Positions 33,829-46,061 of a stretch of 64,000 nt of DNA are shown piece by piece. Every line of letters begins with the position of its first letter. Position 1 is the first letter of the stretch. The stretch comes from Somniosus microcephalus (lineage: Eukaryota). A program made the position numbers and the translations under genes. The DNA is taken from NCBI GenBank assembly GCA_052327205.1, contig CM126233.1, forward strand, positions 35,898,001-35,962,000, read 5' to 3'. A model generated the notes under the pieces. The model worked only from the letters and a program-made list of their open reading frames with translations. It did not search any database and was not told the DNA's origin.

Positions 33829-36800
33829 CCAGGACTTCTTGTTCTGCCGAAGGGTCACCGGCCTGAAACGTTAACTCTGTTTCTCTCTCCACAGATGCTG
33901 CCTGACCTGCTGAGTGTTTCCAGCACTTTTTGTTTTTATTTAAGATTGCAGCATCCGCAGTATTTTGCTTTTGTATTCATGTCAGTAACGTGATAGTTTC
34001 ACGTATTCCGCTTCCTGTATCGATTCACTGATCAACTTGCACCATTATTATTCCCCATGTTATTTCGAAGTGCAAAATGAAAATCTTTCTCAATATCCCC
34101 CGATCTGACACTTCCTCTCTTCCATCACTGCCTCAGGTTTTCTCTGTGTTTAACTCATCAGGTACCGTTGCTATTTATAAGTGTTATAAGTCAGCCGTGG
34201 CTCAGCGGGTAGCACTCTCACCACTGAGACAGAAGGCTGTGGGTCAAAGCCCACTCAGTGAAACTTGAGCACAAAATCCAGGGTCACACTCCAGTGCAGT
34301 ACTGAGGGAGAGCTGCACTGTTGGAGGGGCAGTACTGAGGGAGCGCCGCACTGTCGGAGGGGCAGTACTGAGGGAGTGTTGCACTGTCGGAGGGGCAGTA
34401 CTGAGGGAGGGCCGCACTGTCGGAGGGGCAGTACTGAGGGAGCGCTGCACTGTCGTCGGGGCAGTACTGAGGGAGCGCCGCACTGTCGGAGGGGCAGTAC
34501 TGAGGGAGCGCCGCACTGTTGGAGGGGCAGAACTGAGGGAGTACTGCACTGTTGGCGGGGCAGTACTGAGGGAGCGCTGCACTGTCGGATGGTGGCCTCT
34601 TTCGGATAAGATGTTAAACCGAGGCCCCGTCTGCTTTCTCAGGTGGATGTAGAAGATTCCACTGACACTATTCGAAGAAGAGCAGGGGAGTTCTCCCCGG
34701 TGTCCTGGCCGATATTTATCCCTCAACCAACATCACTAAAATAAGATTATCTGGTCATTATCACATCGCTGCTTGTGGGATTTTGCAGTGCACAAATTAT
34801 CTGCCACATTTCCTACATTACAACAGTAACTACACCTCAAAACTTCGATTGGTTGTAAAGCACTTTGGGACAACGTCCTGTGGTTGTGAAAGGCGCTATA
34901 GAAATGCAAGTCTCTTTGCTTTTTACCTATCTGAGGGCTGGAAGAGCTTTCTATCAGCTTCACTCCAGTATTCGGGTTACACTCGGTTCTGTGGGACCAG
35001 ATCTGCTGGAAATATGCAGTTCTCTGCCTCTCCAAGCATCAGGGGGAGAGAGACAACAGCAGGAATTGGCAACCTATATGACTGCTTAATGTCAACTAAA
35101 AAATCCTAACCAGGTCAAGTGTGGTCTGGAGCTGGTGATCTACTGGAACAGACCTGCGCCTGTTATCACGTTACTGAGGGATATGTGCACCCTGGTAGGT
35201 GACAGACAGGTGGACCTCAGGGGAAGGTCTTTGATAGGATATCGCACATGTACATATTGGATGTGTTCTCCAAATTGGGGCTCGGAAGAGAATCCACAAT
35301 TTGATCAAATTGCTCCACTCCTGGGGATCGGGTTTGGAGGGGCTGGGGTGTACACCAGGAACTGGGAGGTCAAATCAACATTGTAGAGAAACAGCTGTCT
35401 ATGCGGGTGCAGCACATTCTCTGGAAAAGCCTGATGGTCAGTTGTGGTGTGTTCTTGGTGCCTGTGTACGTGGCACAGGTCAGTGGGACACCTTTCCCAC
35501 TTTTATCTCCCAGTAAGCTTCCAGTCAGAGTTTGGGATGAAGGAGGTTGTAGGGCAGGAGGAGGTTACAGGGAAGGAGGAGGTTACAGATAGGGTAGGCT
35601 GCGACCGTGGAGTGATTTAAATAAGGGGATGAGAATTTTAAATTTAAGGCTTTTGTAGATTATGAGCCAACATAGATCAGTGAGGTCAGAGAGTTGCGTG
35701 AGTGGAACTTTTTACAGGATAGGATATGGGTAAAGAAAGAGATAGAACGTGCCTTTGTATGGAGAATAGCAGAGGATTGGATTAACTGAAGTTTATGGAG
35801 GATGGGAGGCTGGCCTGGAGAGCATTGGAATAGTCAAATCTGGAATTGGTCTCGGCATGGCTGAGGTAGAGGCAGGGGCAATGTTACAGAAGTGGAAGTA
35901 GGAGGTCGTTGTGATGGTGAGGATGTGGGAACTGAATTCGGGGATTAACTGGACGTTAAGGTTGCAAATAGTCTGGTTCAGTTTGAGAAGTGGCCGGAAA
36001 GGGGTTTCAGATAATTAAGGAACTTGTACGAATATTGAACTTGTAGAAAATCATAGAATGATTAGGCAGAGTCAACATGGCTTTATGAAAGGGAAATCGT
36101 GTTTATCAAATTTATTGGAGTATTTTGAGGATGTAATTAGCAGGGTAGCTAAAGGGGAATAGGCAAGGCCCAGCGTGCTGGACACGGGTACGGTAGCGCA
36201 GTGGTTATGATACTGGACTTGTATTCCAGAGACCGGGATCTCATGATCTGGCAGATGGGAGTTCAAATCACCACCACAGGCAGCTGGGGAATTTAAATTC
36301 AGTTAATTAAATAAATCTGGAATTAAAAACTAGTGTCAGTAATGGTGTATTATTTTAAACTGAATTAGGACACAAGTTCAAACTATTAAACGGTAATTTT
36401 AGGACTGATATCGAGACATTCTCCTTGACACATACAGTGATCAGCACTTGGAATGGACTCTGAACAGAGTGATGGAGGTGATATTACTGGATTCATTTAA
36501 GAGACGTGAGTTCAAATCCCACCACGGCAGCTGGGGAATTTTAATTCAGTTAATTAAATAAATCTGGAATAAAAAGCTAGTGTCAGTAATGGTGACCATG
36601 TAACTACTGGAATGTTGTAAAAACCCATCTGGTTCACTAATGTCCTTTAGGGAAGGAAATCTGTCGTCCTTACCCGGTCTGGCCTATATGTGACTCCCGA
36701 CCCACAGCAACGTGGTTGACTCTTAACTGCCCTCTGTGGTTCAAGGCGGCTCACCACCACCTTCTCAAGGGCAATTAGGGATGGGCAATAAATACCAACC

Positions 36801-37966
36801 TTGCCAGCAACGCCCACATCCCAGGAACGAAGAAAAACCCAACCAACCTTAAAAAAGTGACATGAGGAAATACTTTTTTACATAATGAGTGATTAGGCTT
36901 TGGAATGCACTGCCTGATAGGGCGGTGGATACAGATTCAATTGCAGCCTTCAAAAAGGAATTGGATAAATACTTGAAGGAGAAAAAATTGCAGGGATATG
37001 GGGAAAGAGCAGGGGGAGTGGGACTGACTGGATTGCTCTTTGAAAGAGCCGGCATAGACTCGATGGGCCGAATGGCCTCCTTCTGTGCTGCACTATTCTA
37101 TGATTCTGGTTGGTGATGAGGGAATGGAGTTCGTGGTCAGGGCCGAAGATGTCAGATTCAATCTTCCCAAGTTCATCTGGAGGAAGTTAAAGCATCCCCA
37201 TCAGATAGAAAAATACTACAGATGCTGGGAATCCGAAATTACAAAAGAAAATGCTGGAAAAACTCAGCAGGCCAGGCAACATCCGTGGAGAGAGAAATAG
37301 AGTCAACGTTTCAGATCGAAACCCTTCGTCAGGACTGAAAAAACACAGGAAATGAAACAGATTAAAAGGCCAGTTTGGGGGCCGGGAAATGGTGATGAGA
37401 GAACAAAAGAGAAGCGAAGAGACATTAAGAGGTATTCAAAACCAGACGAGATGGTGATAGGACTGGTGGAGAGTGGCTGTGAAACTGAGTCTGATCAAAC
37501 ACGAGAAGGGAAACTGAAATCAATGGAGATGAACAAGGTTGAAGAGCCAAACGGAGATCCCGTCGAAGAGAAGAGCAGAACTTCTTCAAGGTAGGCATTC
37601 CTAGAGGGGGTGTGGCAGTGAGCCTTTTAATCTGTTTCATTTCCTGCTTTTTTCTCAGTCCTGACAAAGGGTTTCGACCTGAAACGTTGACTCTGTTTCT
37701 CTCTCCACGGATGTTGCCTGGCCTGCTGAGTTTTTCCAGCATTTTCTGTTGTTATCCGCGTAAGATGTTGCTCTGCTCCTCCGGCTCTATAATTCTTAGT
37801 TTGCAGTTTCCAAAGCTGATTTTAAATCTTTTTCCCTCTTTATCTAACCCGCTGAACCCATCCGTGCGGTGGAGGGCGAGTTGCTGTTTAAATCTCTCAG
37901 AGCGGGGCTTCCACCCACTGAGTGAATCAATGAGCAGGACAGTCGCTGGAGACAGGCTGCTAATAT

Positions 37967-38140
37967 ATGCAAATCACCTGCCTGCTGGGTAATGGCAGAA
38001 TGACAGCAACTATATTTCTTTCTCACACAATTATAATTATATTTACAAAGGGTGATTTGTATATTGTATATATAGTGGATTCCGCACTGACCGCTGTGAA
38101 TGGGCGCGAAGCGGGTGGGAGCTCAGCCTCTGTTAAAGGG
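37967..38140 (+). promoter_or_regulatory. Pol II snRNA-type promoter of U3 copy 4
   Basis: Duplicate of 8237-8410. Confidence 0.8.
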
Positions 38141-38183
38141 GGTGTGCTGAGTGTGGAGAGCGGTGTGGCGGCCAATGTTAGGT

Positions 38184-38400
38184 AAGACTATACTTTTAGG
38201 GATCATTTCTATAGTTTTTAACTTGAGAAATGTGTTCTGAAGTGTCTGGTCTCACTAACCACGAGGAGGAGTTAAAGCGTTTCCTCCTGAGCGTGAAGCG
38301 GGCTGCGAGTGTTGCTTTGTGCAAGAGCTTGTGGCCATTGATGACCGTTCCCTTCTCTCTGTGTGAGAGTTGTGGAAGGAGGAAACGCATTCTGAGTGGT
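38184..38400 (+). ncRNA. SNORD3: U3 snoRNA, copy 4 (type B; canonical AGGGATCA at box A)
   Basis: Duplicate of 8454-8670, but reads TACTTTTAGGGATCATTTCTATAG. Confidence 0.96.
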
Positions 38401-40257
38401 TAGTTTTTTTCATACTGAAAAATAAGATCAAGATTTCTGAAAACCAACTCTTGGTTTGCTGTGGCTGTAATTCGAGCTCTATTCCAACAGAGGGCCCTCG
38501 TGTAAAGACAGTGTCCGGCTGCATCAAGCTGTGCAAAGGCCTCGGTTCGCAAACACCGGATCTTTAAAACCTAAAAATAAGACAATTTTTTCTTATTGTC
38601 TTACTTTCGTTTTTGATTTTTGCCCACCTGACATTGTCATCTGCCGACCTGAAACGTTAACTCTGATTCTCTCTCCACAGATGCTGCCTGACCTTCTCAG
38701 TCTTTCCAGCATTTTCAGTATTTATTGCATAAGATTCCTGTTCTAAAAAGGGTACGCTAAGCTGGACGCACTGCACCTATTTGCCTCAATTTTAAATACT
38801 GCTATCTTAGCATCTTCAGTGTAGGCATCGGTCTTATGGGTTTGTCATATTCTGCCTATCAGGAGTGACAGGAGATTGCAGTGGACATCCCATATACTCA
38901 CCGGCAGTAAAATACTGCAATAAGAGATTAATATGCTTGCTAACTCATACTCGGCATTTATCAAGGCGCGGGCTTCAGTTCATAGGCAACTGCGACTGCT
39001 ATGGAAGCCACTCTGCTGTTGTGAATACAAGACCTAAATGTTGAGAGAAAGACAAACTACAACAAGTCCGAAATTTATTGCTGTACATCAGCAGCACAAA
39101 TGGACCTCACAACTGAGAAATTCCTTCCCTCGGGCTTCTTACAATCTATCAATGTCGAAAACCCGTGATTGGCAGCAACTAACCAGGACTTCTTGTTCTG
39201 CCGAAGGGTCACCGGCCTGAAACGTTAACTCTGTTTCTCTCTCCACAGATGCTGCCTGACCTGCTGAGTGTTTCCAGCATTTTATGTTTTTATTAAAGAT
39301 TGCAGCATCCGCAGTATTTTGCTTTTGTATTCATGTCAGTAACGTGATAGTTTGACGTATTCCGCTTCCTGTATCGATTCATTTATCAACTTGCACCTTA
39401 TTATTCCCCATGTTATTTCAAAGTGCAAAGTGAAAATCTTCCTGAATATCCCCCGATCTGACACTTCCTCTCTTCCATCGCTGCCTCAGGTTTTCTCCGT
39501 GTTTGACTCATCAGGTACCGTTGCTATTTAAGTGTTATAAGTCAGCCGTGGCTCAGCGGGTAGCACTCTCGCCACTGAGACAGAAGGCTGTGGGTCAAAG
39601 CCCACTCAGTGAAACCTGAGCACAAAATCCAGGGTCACACTCCAGTGCAGTACTGAGGGAGCGCCGCACTGTCGGAGGAGCGGTACTGAGGGAGCGCCGC
39701 ACTGTCGGAGGGGCAGTACTGAGGGAGCGCCGCACTGTCGGAGGGGCAGTACTGAGGGAGCGCCGCACTTTCGCAAGGGCAGTACTGAGGGAGCGCCGCA
39801 CTTTCGCAAGGGCAGTACTGAGGGAGCGCCGCACTGTCGGAGGGGCAGTACTGAGGGAGCACTGCACTGTCGGAGGGGCAGTACTGAGGGAGCGCCGCAC
39901 TGTCGGAGGGGCAGTACTGAGGGAGCGCCGCACTGTCGGAGGCTCAGTACTGAGGGATCGCCGCACTGTCGGAGGGTCAGTACTGAGGGAAACATAGAAG
40001 CAGGAGTAGGCCATTCGGCCCTTCGAGCCTGCTCTGCCATTCAATGAGATCATGGCTGATCATTCAAATTCAGTACCCTGTCCCTGCCTTCTCCCCATAT
40101 CCCTTGATCCCTTTAGCCTTAAGAAATATATCCAACTCTTTTTTGAATATATTTAATGAACTGGCCTCCACCGCCCTCTGTGGCAGAGAATTCCACAGGT
40201 TCACCACTCTCTGGGTGGAAATTCCTCCTCATTTCTGTCCTAAATGGCTTATCCCTT

Positions 40258-40487
40258 TGATACGCTTATCAATTACTTCATAAAAGGTGATGAGTCGAAG
40301 AAGAGATGATGAGTCGAAAGAAGAGATGAATAAGGCTTTTATTAGCTAAGAAGAGACCATGCTTCTTCGTGAGTGACTGAACAAGTCTGAACGAAACCCA
40401 CACAGTGGTGGGTGGAGTCAGCTGAGGCATGCCTCCATACACAGCGCCACCCAGAGGTGGCAATATACAATACAGTGGTTTACCACA
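40258..40487 (-). repeat. Gypsy 3' LTR (230 bp)
   Basis: Matches the 5' LTR except for a 3-bp indel (by eye). Confidence 0.95.
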
Positions 40488-40529
40488 TTCACCCCTTGTT
40501 TAATGTGAAGTCCGGCGGGGTGAAGGGTA

Positions 40530-43500
40530 CTACAAGTTAAGTCTATCAGGAGGCCTTGTCTGACGTCCTGATCGTTGTGGTGGCGGCGGTGGTGTTGCAG
40601 CATCCGACGTCGGGTCTGGTGTCTGGGTGGTTGGCGAAGATTCCTGGGGCTTTGGCATGCCGTCTGCAGGGGTTGGGTTGGGAGGGGTGGTGGGGGATAA
40701 CAGTGGTAAGGGGGATAACGGTGGTAAGGGGGATAACGGTGGTAATTCAGGGGTACCCGAGGGTGCGAGATCTCGTATGGAGACCGTGTCCTCCCGCCCG
40801 TCTGGGTATGTCACCCAGGCATACTGGGGGTTGGCGTGTAGGAGGTGCACCCGCTCGACCAGGGGGTCCGTTTTATGCGTCCTCACGTGCCTCCGCAGTA
40901 GGACGGGCCCAGGAGAAGTCAACCATGCCGGTAGCGAGGTCCCCGATGTAGACTTCCGGGGGAAAACGAACATTTTCTCATGAGGGGTCGCATTAGTGGC
41001 AGTACAAAGCAGTGACCGAATGGAGTGAAGCGCTGCAGGGAGGACCTCCTGCCAGCGGGAGGTCGGAAGGCCCTTAGATTTTAGTGCTAAGAGGACTGCC
41101 TTCCAAACCGTCGCGTTCTCCCTTTCCACCTGGCCGTTCCCCCGGGGGTTGTAACTGGTGGTCCTGCTCGTGGCGATACCTCTTGTTAGCAGGTACTGCC
41201 GAAGTTCGTCGCTCATGAACGATGAGCCCCTGTCGCTATGTATATAGCTGGGGAACCCGAACAGAGCGAAGATGTCATTCAGACACTTGATGACCGTGGT
41301 ACTGGTCATGTCTGGGCAAGGGATGGCAAAGGGGAAACGGGAGTACTCATCAACTATGTTGAGGAAGTACACATTGCGGTCAGCGGAGGGGAGGGGCCCT
41401 TTAAAATCGACGCTCAGGCGTTCGAAGGGGCGGGTGGCCTTGATCAGGCTTGCTCTGTCCGGCCTATAGAAGTGCGGTTTGCACTCGGCGCAGATTTGGC
41501 AGCTCTTGGTCATGGTCCTGACCTCCTCGATGGAGTAGGGCAGGTTACGGGATTTGATAAAATGGAAAAACCTGGTGACCCCCGGGTGGCAGAGGTCATT
41601 GTGGAGGGACTGCAGCCTATCACTCTGCGCATTGGCGCATGTACCACGTGATAGGGCATCTGGGGGCTCATTGAGTTTCCCTGGCCGATACAAGATATCA
41701 TAATTGTAGGTGGAGAGTTCGATTCTCCACCTCAAGATCTTGTCGTTCTTGATTTTACCCCTCTGCTTATTATTAAACATAAAAGCTACTGAACGCTGGT
41801 CAGTGAGCAGGGTAAATCGTTTCCCGGCCAGGTAATGCCTCCAGTGACGCACCGCTTCTACAATAGCCTGGGCCTCCTTTTCGACGGAGGAGTGTCTCGT
41901 CTCGGGGCCCTGGAGGGTCCTTGAGAAAAAGGCCACGGGTCTGCCCGCCTGGTTAAGGGTCGCGGCTAGGGCGAAGTCGGAGGCATCGCTCTCCACTTGG
42001 AAGGGGATGGACTCATCCACCGCGTGCATTGCGGCCTTCGCGATATCGTTCTTGATAAGAGTGAAGGCTGCACACGCCTCTGGTGTCAGGGGGAAGGAGG
42101 TGGCTTTGATGAGGGGCCTGGCTTTGTCTGCATAGAGGGGCACCCACTGGGCGTAGTAGGAGAAAAACCCCAGGCATCTCTTCAGTGCTTTTTGGCAGTG
42201 GGGAAGGGGTAGCTCCATTAGGGGGCGCATTCTGTCGGGGTCGGGCCCGATGACTCCGTTCTCCACCACGCAGCCGAGGATGGCCAGGCGCTTGGTGTGA
42301 AACATACATTTTTCCTTATTGTACGTTAGGTTCAGCCGTTGGGCCGTACGGAGGAAATTTGCTAGATTAACGTCGTGGTCCTGCTGGTCGTGGCCGCAGA
42401 TGGTGACGTTATCCAAATAGGGGAAGGTTGCCCGCAGCGCGTTCTGGTCAACCATTCGGTCCATCTCCCTTTGGAAGACCGAAACCCCGTTGGTGACGCC
42501 GAAGGGGACCCTAAGGAAGTGGTAGAGGCGGCCGTTTGCCTCGAAGGCAGTATACTGGCGGTCCTCATGGCGGATGGGCAGCTGGTGGTACGCTGACTTA
42601 AGGTCGATGGTGGAGAATACTTTGTATTGCGCAATCTGATTGACCATATCAGATATGCGAGGGAGGGGGTACGCGTCCAGCTGGGTGTACCGGTTTATGG
42701 TTTGGCTGTAGTCGATTACCATGCGGCGTTTTGCAGTGGTTTTAACGACTACAACCTGGGCTCGCCAGGGGCTAGTGCTACCTTCGATAATGCCCTCCTT
42801 CAAGAGCCGCTCCACCTCAGAGCTGATAAAAGCTCTGTCCCCGGCACTGTACCGCCTGCTTTTGGTAGCGATGGGTTTACAGTCGCGGGTGAGGTTAGCG
42901 AACAGGGGAGGGGGGGGGACTTTTAATGTGGAAAGGCTGCAGGTGGTTTGCAGCGGGCGATTTAAAAGTTGTTGGTTGCAGACTGTGAGTGGGGGGAGGG
43001 GTCCACCGTATGCTAGTGTGACACTCTTAAGGTGGCACTGAAAATCCAACCCTAGCAGGACGGCAGCGCAAAGACGGGGCAGGACTAGCAGTTTAAATTT
43101 TTGATATTCAGTGCCCCCTACTGACAGGGTCACCACACAGTAGCCGCTGATGTCCATTGACTGGGACTTGGACGCCATAGAAATGCGATGGTGCGTTGGC
43201 AGAATCGTGAGGGAGTGGCTACGTACCGTGTCGGGGTGGACGAAACTCTCTGTGCTCCCGCTGTCGATCAGGCAACTGGTGGCGCGGCCGTTTACCGCGA
43301 TATCCATCATGGAGCTGGATAGATGGTGAGGGTGGCCTTGATCCAGCGTCACGGAGGCCAGTATGTGGCTTAGTGAGTCACTATAGTCATCCGCCGAGAC
43401 GGTGGTCGGTTCCGGTGACGAAATGGCGGTTGAGTGCGTTGGATACGATGGCGGCGGATGCCATGCGGCCGGGGGTACACAAAATGGCGGATAAGATGGC

Positions 43501-44360
43501 TGCTCCCACGGCCCGCACGCTGCGCTGCTGGCTGGCTTCCCCTTGCAGGCGTTAGCGTAATGGCCTTTCTTCCCGCAGCCCGAGCAGGTAGCTGTCTTAG
43601 CTGGGCAGTGCGCTCTGGGATGTTTTAACTGGCCACAGAAATAGCATTTTTGGGCCTGGTTACTGGGCATCGAAGCAGTTCTTACCGGAGGCTGCTGTCT
43701 CGGTTGGGTCGCTGCAGCGGTTGGTGCCGGGGGCGGCGGTCCTGTGTCCCACGGTTTCGATTGCCATGTCTCGGCGCCGTTACGGGGGTATGCCTCGAGG
43801 TTTCGGTGGGCCTCCTCTAACGAGAGCGCAAGGGCAATGGCCGTCTTCAGGTCGGGTTCCTTGCTTTCTAGCAGTCTCTGCCGGGTGTGGTCTGACTGGA
43901 GGCCCCTGACGAAGGCATCACAGGCGAGTCCCTGCGCGTGCTCCACAGCCGTTACCACTTTACAATCGCAGTCTCTGCAGAGTGCCAGTAGCGCCCGTGC
44001 AAATGCCCCTACCGATTCTCCCGGTTGCTGCCTGCGGGATCCCAAGAGGTGTCGGGCGTAAATTGTGTTCACTGGGCGCGTATATTGCCCTTTTAGTAGC
44101 TCGAGGGCCGCCACGTACGTATTAGAGTCCCGGATTAGCATATATACTTGATGGCTCACCTGGGCGGTCAAAATTTTCAGTTTGTGATCCTCCTCTGTAA
44201 CCTGTGAGATTGCGAGGAAGGATTCAAAGCAGCTCAGCCAGTGTTCAAACTTGGCTGATGCACCCACATCTTGAGGGTCGAGGTCCAGGCGTGGTGGTCT
44301 GAGGGCTCTCAGCAATATCTGCTGTATCCGTTGCTGTTGTTGCTCCTCAGGTGTCGCCAT
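40530..44360 (-). CDS. Gypsy gag-pol polyprotein, 1276 aa
   Basis: Two CX2CX4HX4C knuckles, protease LIDSGS, RT (IDLKSAYHQ, PFG, YLDN), RNase H (DAS...RPVAFFSR...TDQ) and integrase (H-H-C-C; DFKGP...SDRG...VER). Order PR-RT-RH-IN. No chromodomain or env. Confidence 0.97.
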   Translation of the reverse strand: MATPEEQQQQRIQQILLRALRPPRLDLDPQDVGASAKFEHWLSCFESFLAISQVTEEDHKLKILTAQVSHQVYMLIRDSNTYVAALELLKGQYTRPVNTIYARHLLGSRRQQPGESVGAFARALLALCRDCDCKVVTAVEHAQGLACDAFVRGLQSDHTRQRLLESKEPDLKTAIALALSLEEAHRNLEAYPRNGAETWQSKPWDTGPPPPAPTAAATQPRQQPPVRTASMPSNQAQKCYFCGQLKHPRAHCPAKTATCSGCGKKGHYANACKGKPASSAACGPWEQPSYPPFCVPPAAWHPPPSYPTHSTAISSPEPTTVSADDYSDSLSHILASVTLDQGHPHHLSSSMMDIAVNGRATSCLIDSGSTESFVHPDTVRSHSLTILPTHHRISMASKSQSMDISGYCVVTLSVGGTEYQKFKLLVLPRLCAAVLLGLDFQCHLKSVTLAYGGPLPPLTVCNQQLLNRPLQTTCSLSTLKVPPPPLFANLTRDCKPIATKSRRYSAGDRAFISSEVERLLKEGIIEGSTSPWRAQVVVVKTTAKRRMVIDYSQTINRYTQLDAYPLPRISDMVNQIAQYKVFSTIDLKSAYHQLPIRHEDRQYTAFEANGRLYHFLRVPFGVTNGVSVFQREMDRMVDQNALRATFPYLDNVTICGHDQQDHDVNLANFLRTAQRLNLTYNKEKCMFHTKRLAILGCVVENGVIGPDPDRMRPLMELPLPHCQKALKRCLGFFSYYAQWVPLYADKARPLIKATSFPLTPEACAAFTLIKNDIAKAAMHAVDESIPFQVESDASDFALAATLNQAGRPVAFFSRTLQGPETRHSSVEKEAQAIVEAVRHWRHYLAGKRFTLLTDQRSVAFMFNNKQRGKIKNDKILRWRIELSTYNYDILYRPGKLNEPPDALSRGTCANAQSDRLQSLHNDLCHPGVTRFFHFIKSRNLPYSIEEVRTMTKSCQICAECKPHFYRPDRASLIKATRPFERLSVDFKGPLPSADRNVYFLNIVDEYSRFPFAIPCPDMTSTTVIKCLNDIFALFGFPSYIHSDRGSSFMSDELRQYLLTRGIATSRTTSYNPRGNGQVERENATVWKAVLLALKSKGLPTSRWQEVLPAALHSIRSLLCTATNATPHEKMFVFPRKSTSGTSLPAWLTSPGPVLLRRHVRTHKTDPLVERVHLLHANPQYAWVTYPDGREDTVSIRDLAPSGTPELPPLSPLPPLSPLPLLSPTTPPNPTPADGMPKPQESSPTTQTPDPTSDAATPPPPPQRSGRQTRPPDRLNL

Positions 44361-44381
44361 TTAACTTTTAGCTAATAAAAT

Positions 44382-44608
44382 TGATACGCTTATCAATTAC
44401 TTCATAAAAGGTGATGAGTCGAAGAAGAGATGATGAGTCGAAAGAAGAGATGAATAAGGCTTTTATTAGCTAAGAGACCATGCTTCTTCGTGAGTGACTG
44501 AACAAGTCTGAACGAAACCCACACAGTGGTGGGTGGAGTCAGCTGAGGCATGCCTCCATACACAGCGCCACCCAGAGGTGGCAATATACAATACAGTGGT
44601 TTACCACA
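44382..44608 (-). repeat. Gypsy 5' LTR (227 bp)
   Basis: TGTGGTAAAC...GCGTATCA on the minus strand; contains AATAAA. Confidence 0.95.
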
Positions 44609-46061
44609 CCCTTATCCTTAGACTATGACCCCTGGTTCTGGACTCCCCGGCCATCATAAACATCCTTCCTGCATCTAGTCTGTCCATGCCTGACAGAATT
44701 TTATAGGTTTCGATGAGATCCCCTCTCAATCTTCTAAACTCCAGTGAGTATAAGCCCAATCGACACAATCTCTCCTCATACGTCATTCCTGCCATCCCAG
44801 GTATCAGCCTGGTGAATCTTCGCTGCACTCCTTCCATGACAAGAACGTCCTTCCTCAGGTAAGGCAATCAAAACTGCACACAATACTCAAGCTGCGGTCT
44901 CACCAAGGCCCTGTACAACTGTAGCAAGCCATCCTTGTTCCTGTACTCGAACCCTCTTGCTACGAAGGCCAACATACCATTTGCCTTCTTAACTGCCTGC
45001 TGCACCTGCATGCTTACCTTCAGCGACTGGTGCACAAGAACACCCAGGTCTCTTTGCACTTCCCCTTCTCCCAATCTATTGCCATTCAAATAATAATCTG
45101 CCTTCCTGTTTTTGCCACCAAAGTGGATAACCTCACATTTATCCACATTATAGTGCATTTGCCATGTTTCTGCCCAATCACCCAACCTGTCCAAATCGTA
45201 CTGGAGTTTCACAACATCCTCCTCACAGCTTACCCTCCCACCCAGCTTGTGCTGCACTGTCGGAGGGGCAGTACTGAGGTAGCACTGCACTGTCGGAGGG
45301 GCAGTACTGAGGGAGCGCTGCACTGTCGGAGGGGCAGTGCTGAGGGAGCGCCGCACTGTCGGAGGGGCAGTACTGAGGGAGCGCTGCACTGTCGGAGGGG
45401 CAGTACTGAGGGAGCGCTGCACTGTCGGAGGGGCAGTACTGAGGGAGCACTGCACTGTCGGAGGGGCAGTACTGAGGGAGCGCCGCACTGTCGGAGGGGC
45501 AGTACTGAGGGAGCGCTGCACTGTCAGAGGGGCAGTACTGAGGGAGCGCTGCACTGTCGGAGGGGCAGTACTGAGGGAGCGCTGCACTGTCGGAGGGGCA
45601 GTACTAAGGGAGCGCTGTACTGTCGGAGGGTGGCCTCTTTCAGATAAGATGTTAAACTGAGGCCCCGTCTGCTTTCTTAGGTGGATGTAGAAGATTCCAC
45701 TGACACTAATTGAAGAAGAGCAGGGGAGTTCTCCCCGGTGTCTTGGTCCATATTTATCCCTCAACTAGCATCACTAAAATAAGATTATCTGCTCATTATC
45801 ACATTGTGGGATCTTGCTGTGCACACATTGGCTGCCACATTTCCTACAATAAATCAGTAAGAAAACTTCAAAACTTCAATTGGCTGTAAAGCACTTTGGG
45901 ACGTCCTGTGGTTATGAAAGGCGCTATAGAAATGCAAGTCTCTGCTTTTTACATAACAGGGCTGGAAGACCTTTCTATCAGCTTCACTCCAGTGTTGGGT
46001 TATACTCGGTTCTGTGGGACCAGATCTGCTGGAAATATGTAATGCTCTGCCTCTCCAAGCA

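Larger units (their letters stand above)
40258..44608 (-). mobile_element. Full-length Ty3/Gypsy LTR retrotransposon (4351 bp), recent insertion into a CR1
   Basis: TG...CA LTRs and CCCTT TSD (40253-40257 and 44609-44613). PPT AAGGGGTGAA lies next to the 3' LTR. The empty site is visible in unit 1 (~10505). Confidence 0.97.
39989..45248 (-). mobile_element. CR1 LINE split by the Gypsy insertion (39989-40257 and 44609-45248)
   Basis: Paralog of 10231-11144. Confidence 0.92.

Noticed and set aside
40556-44061. Plus-strand ORFs within the Gypsy element
   Set aside because: Short antisense shadows of a GC-rich coding sequence with no recognisable motifs.
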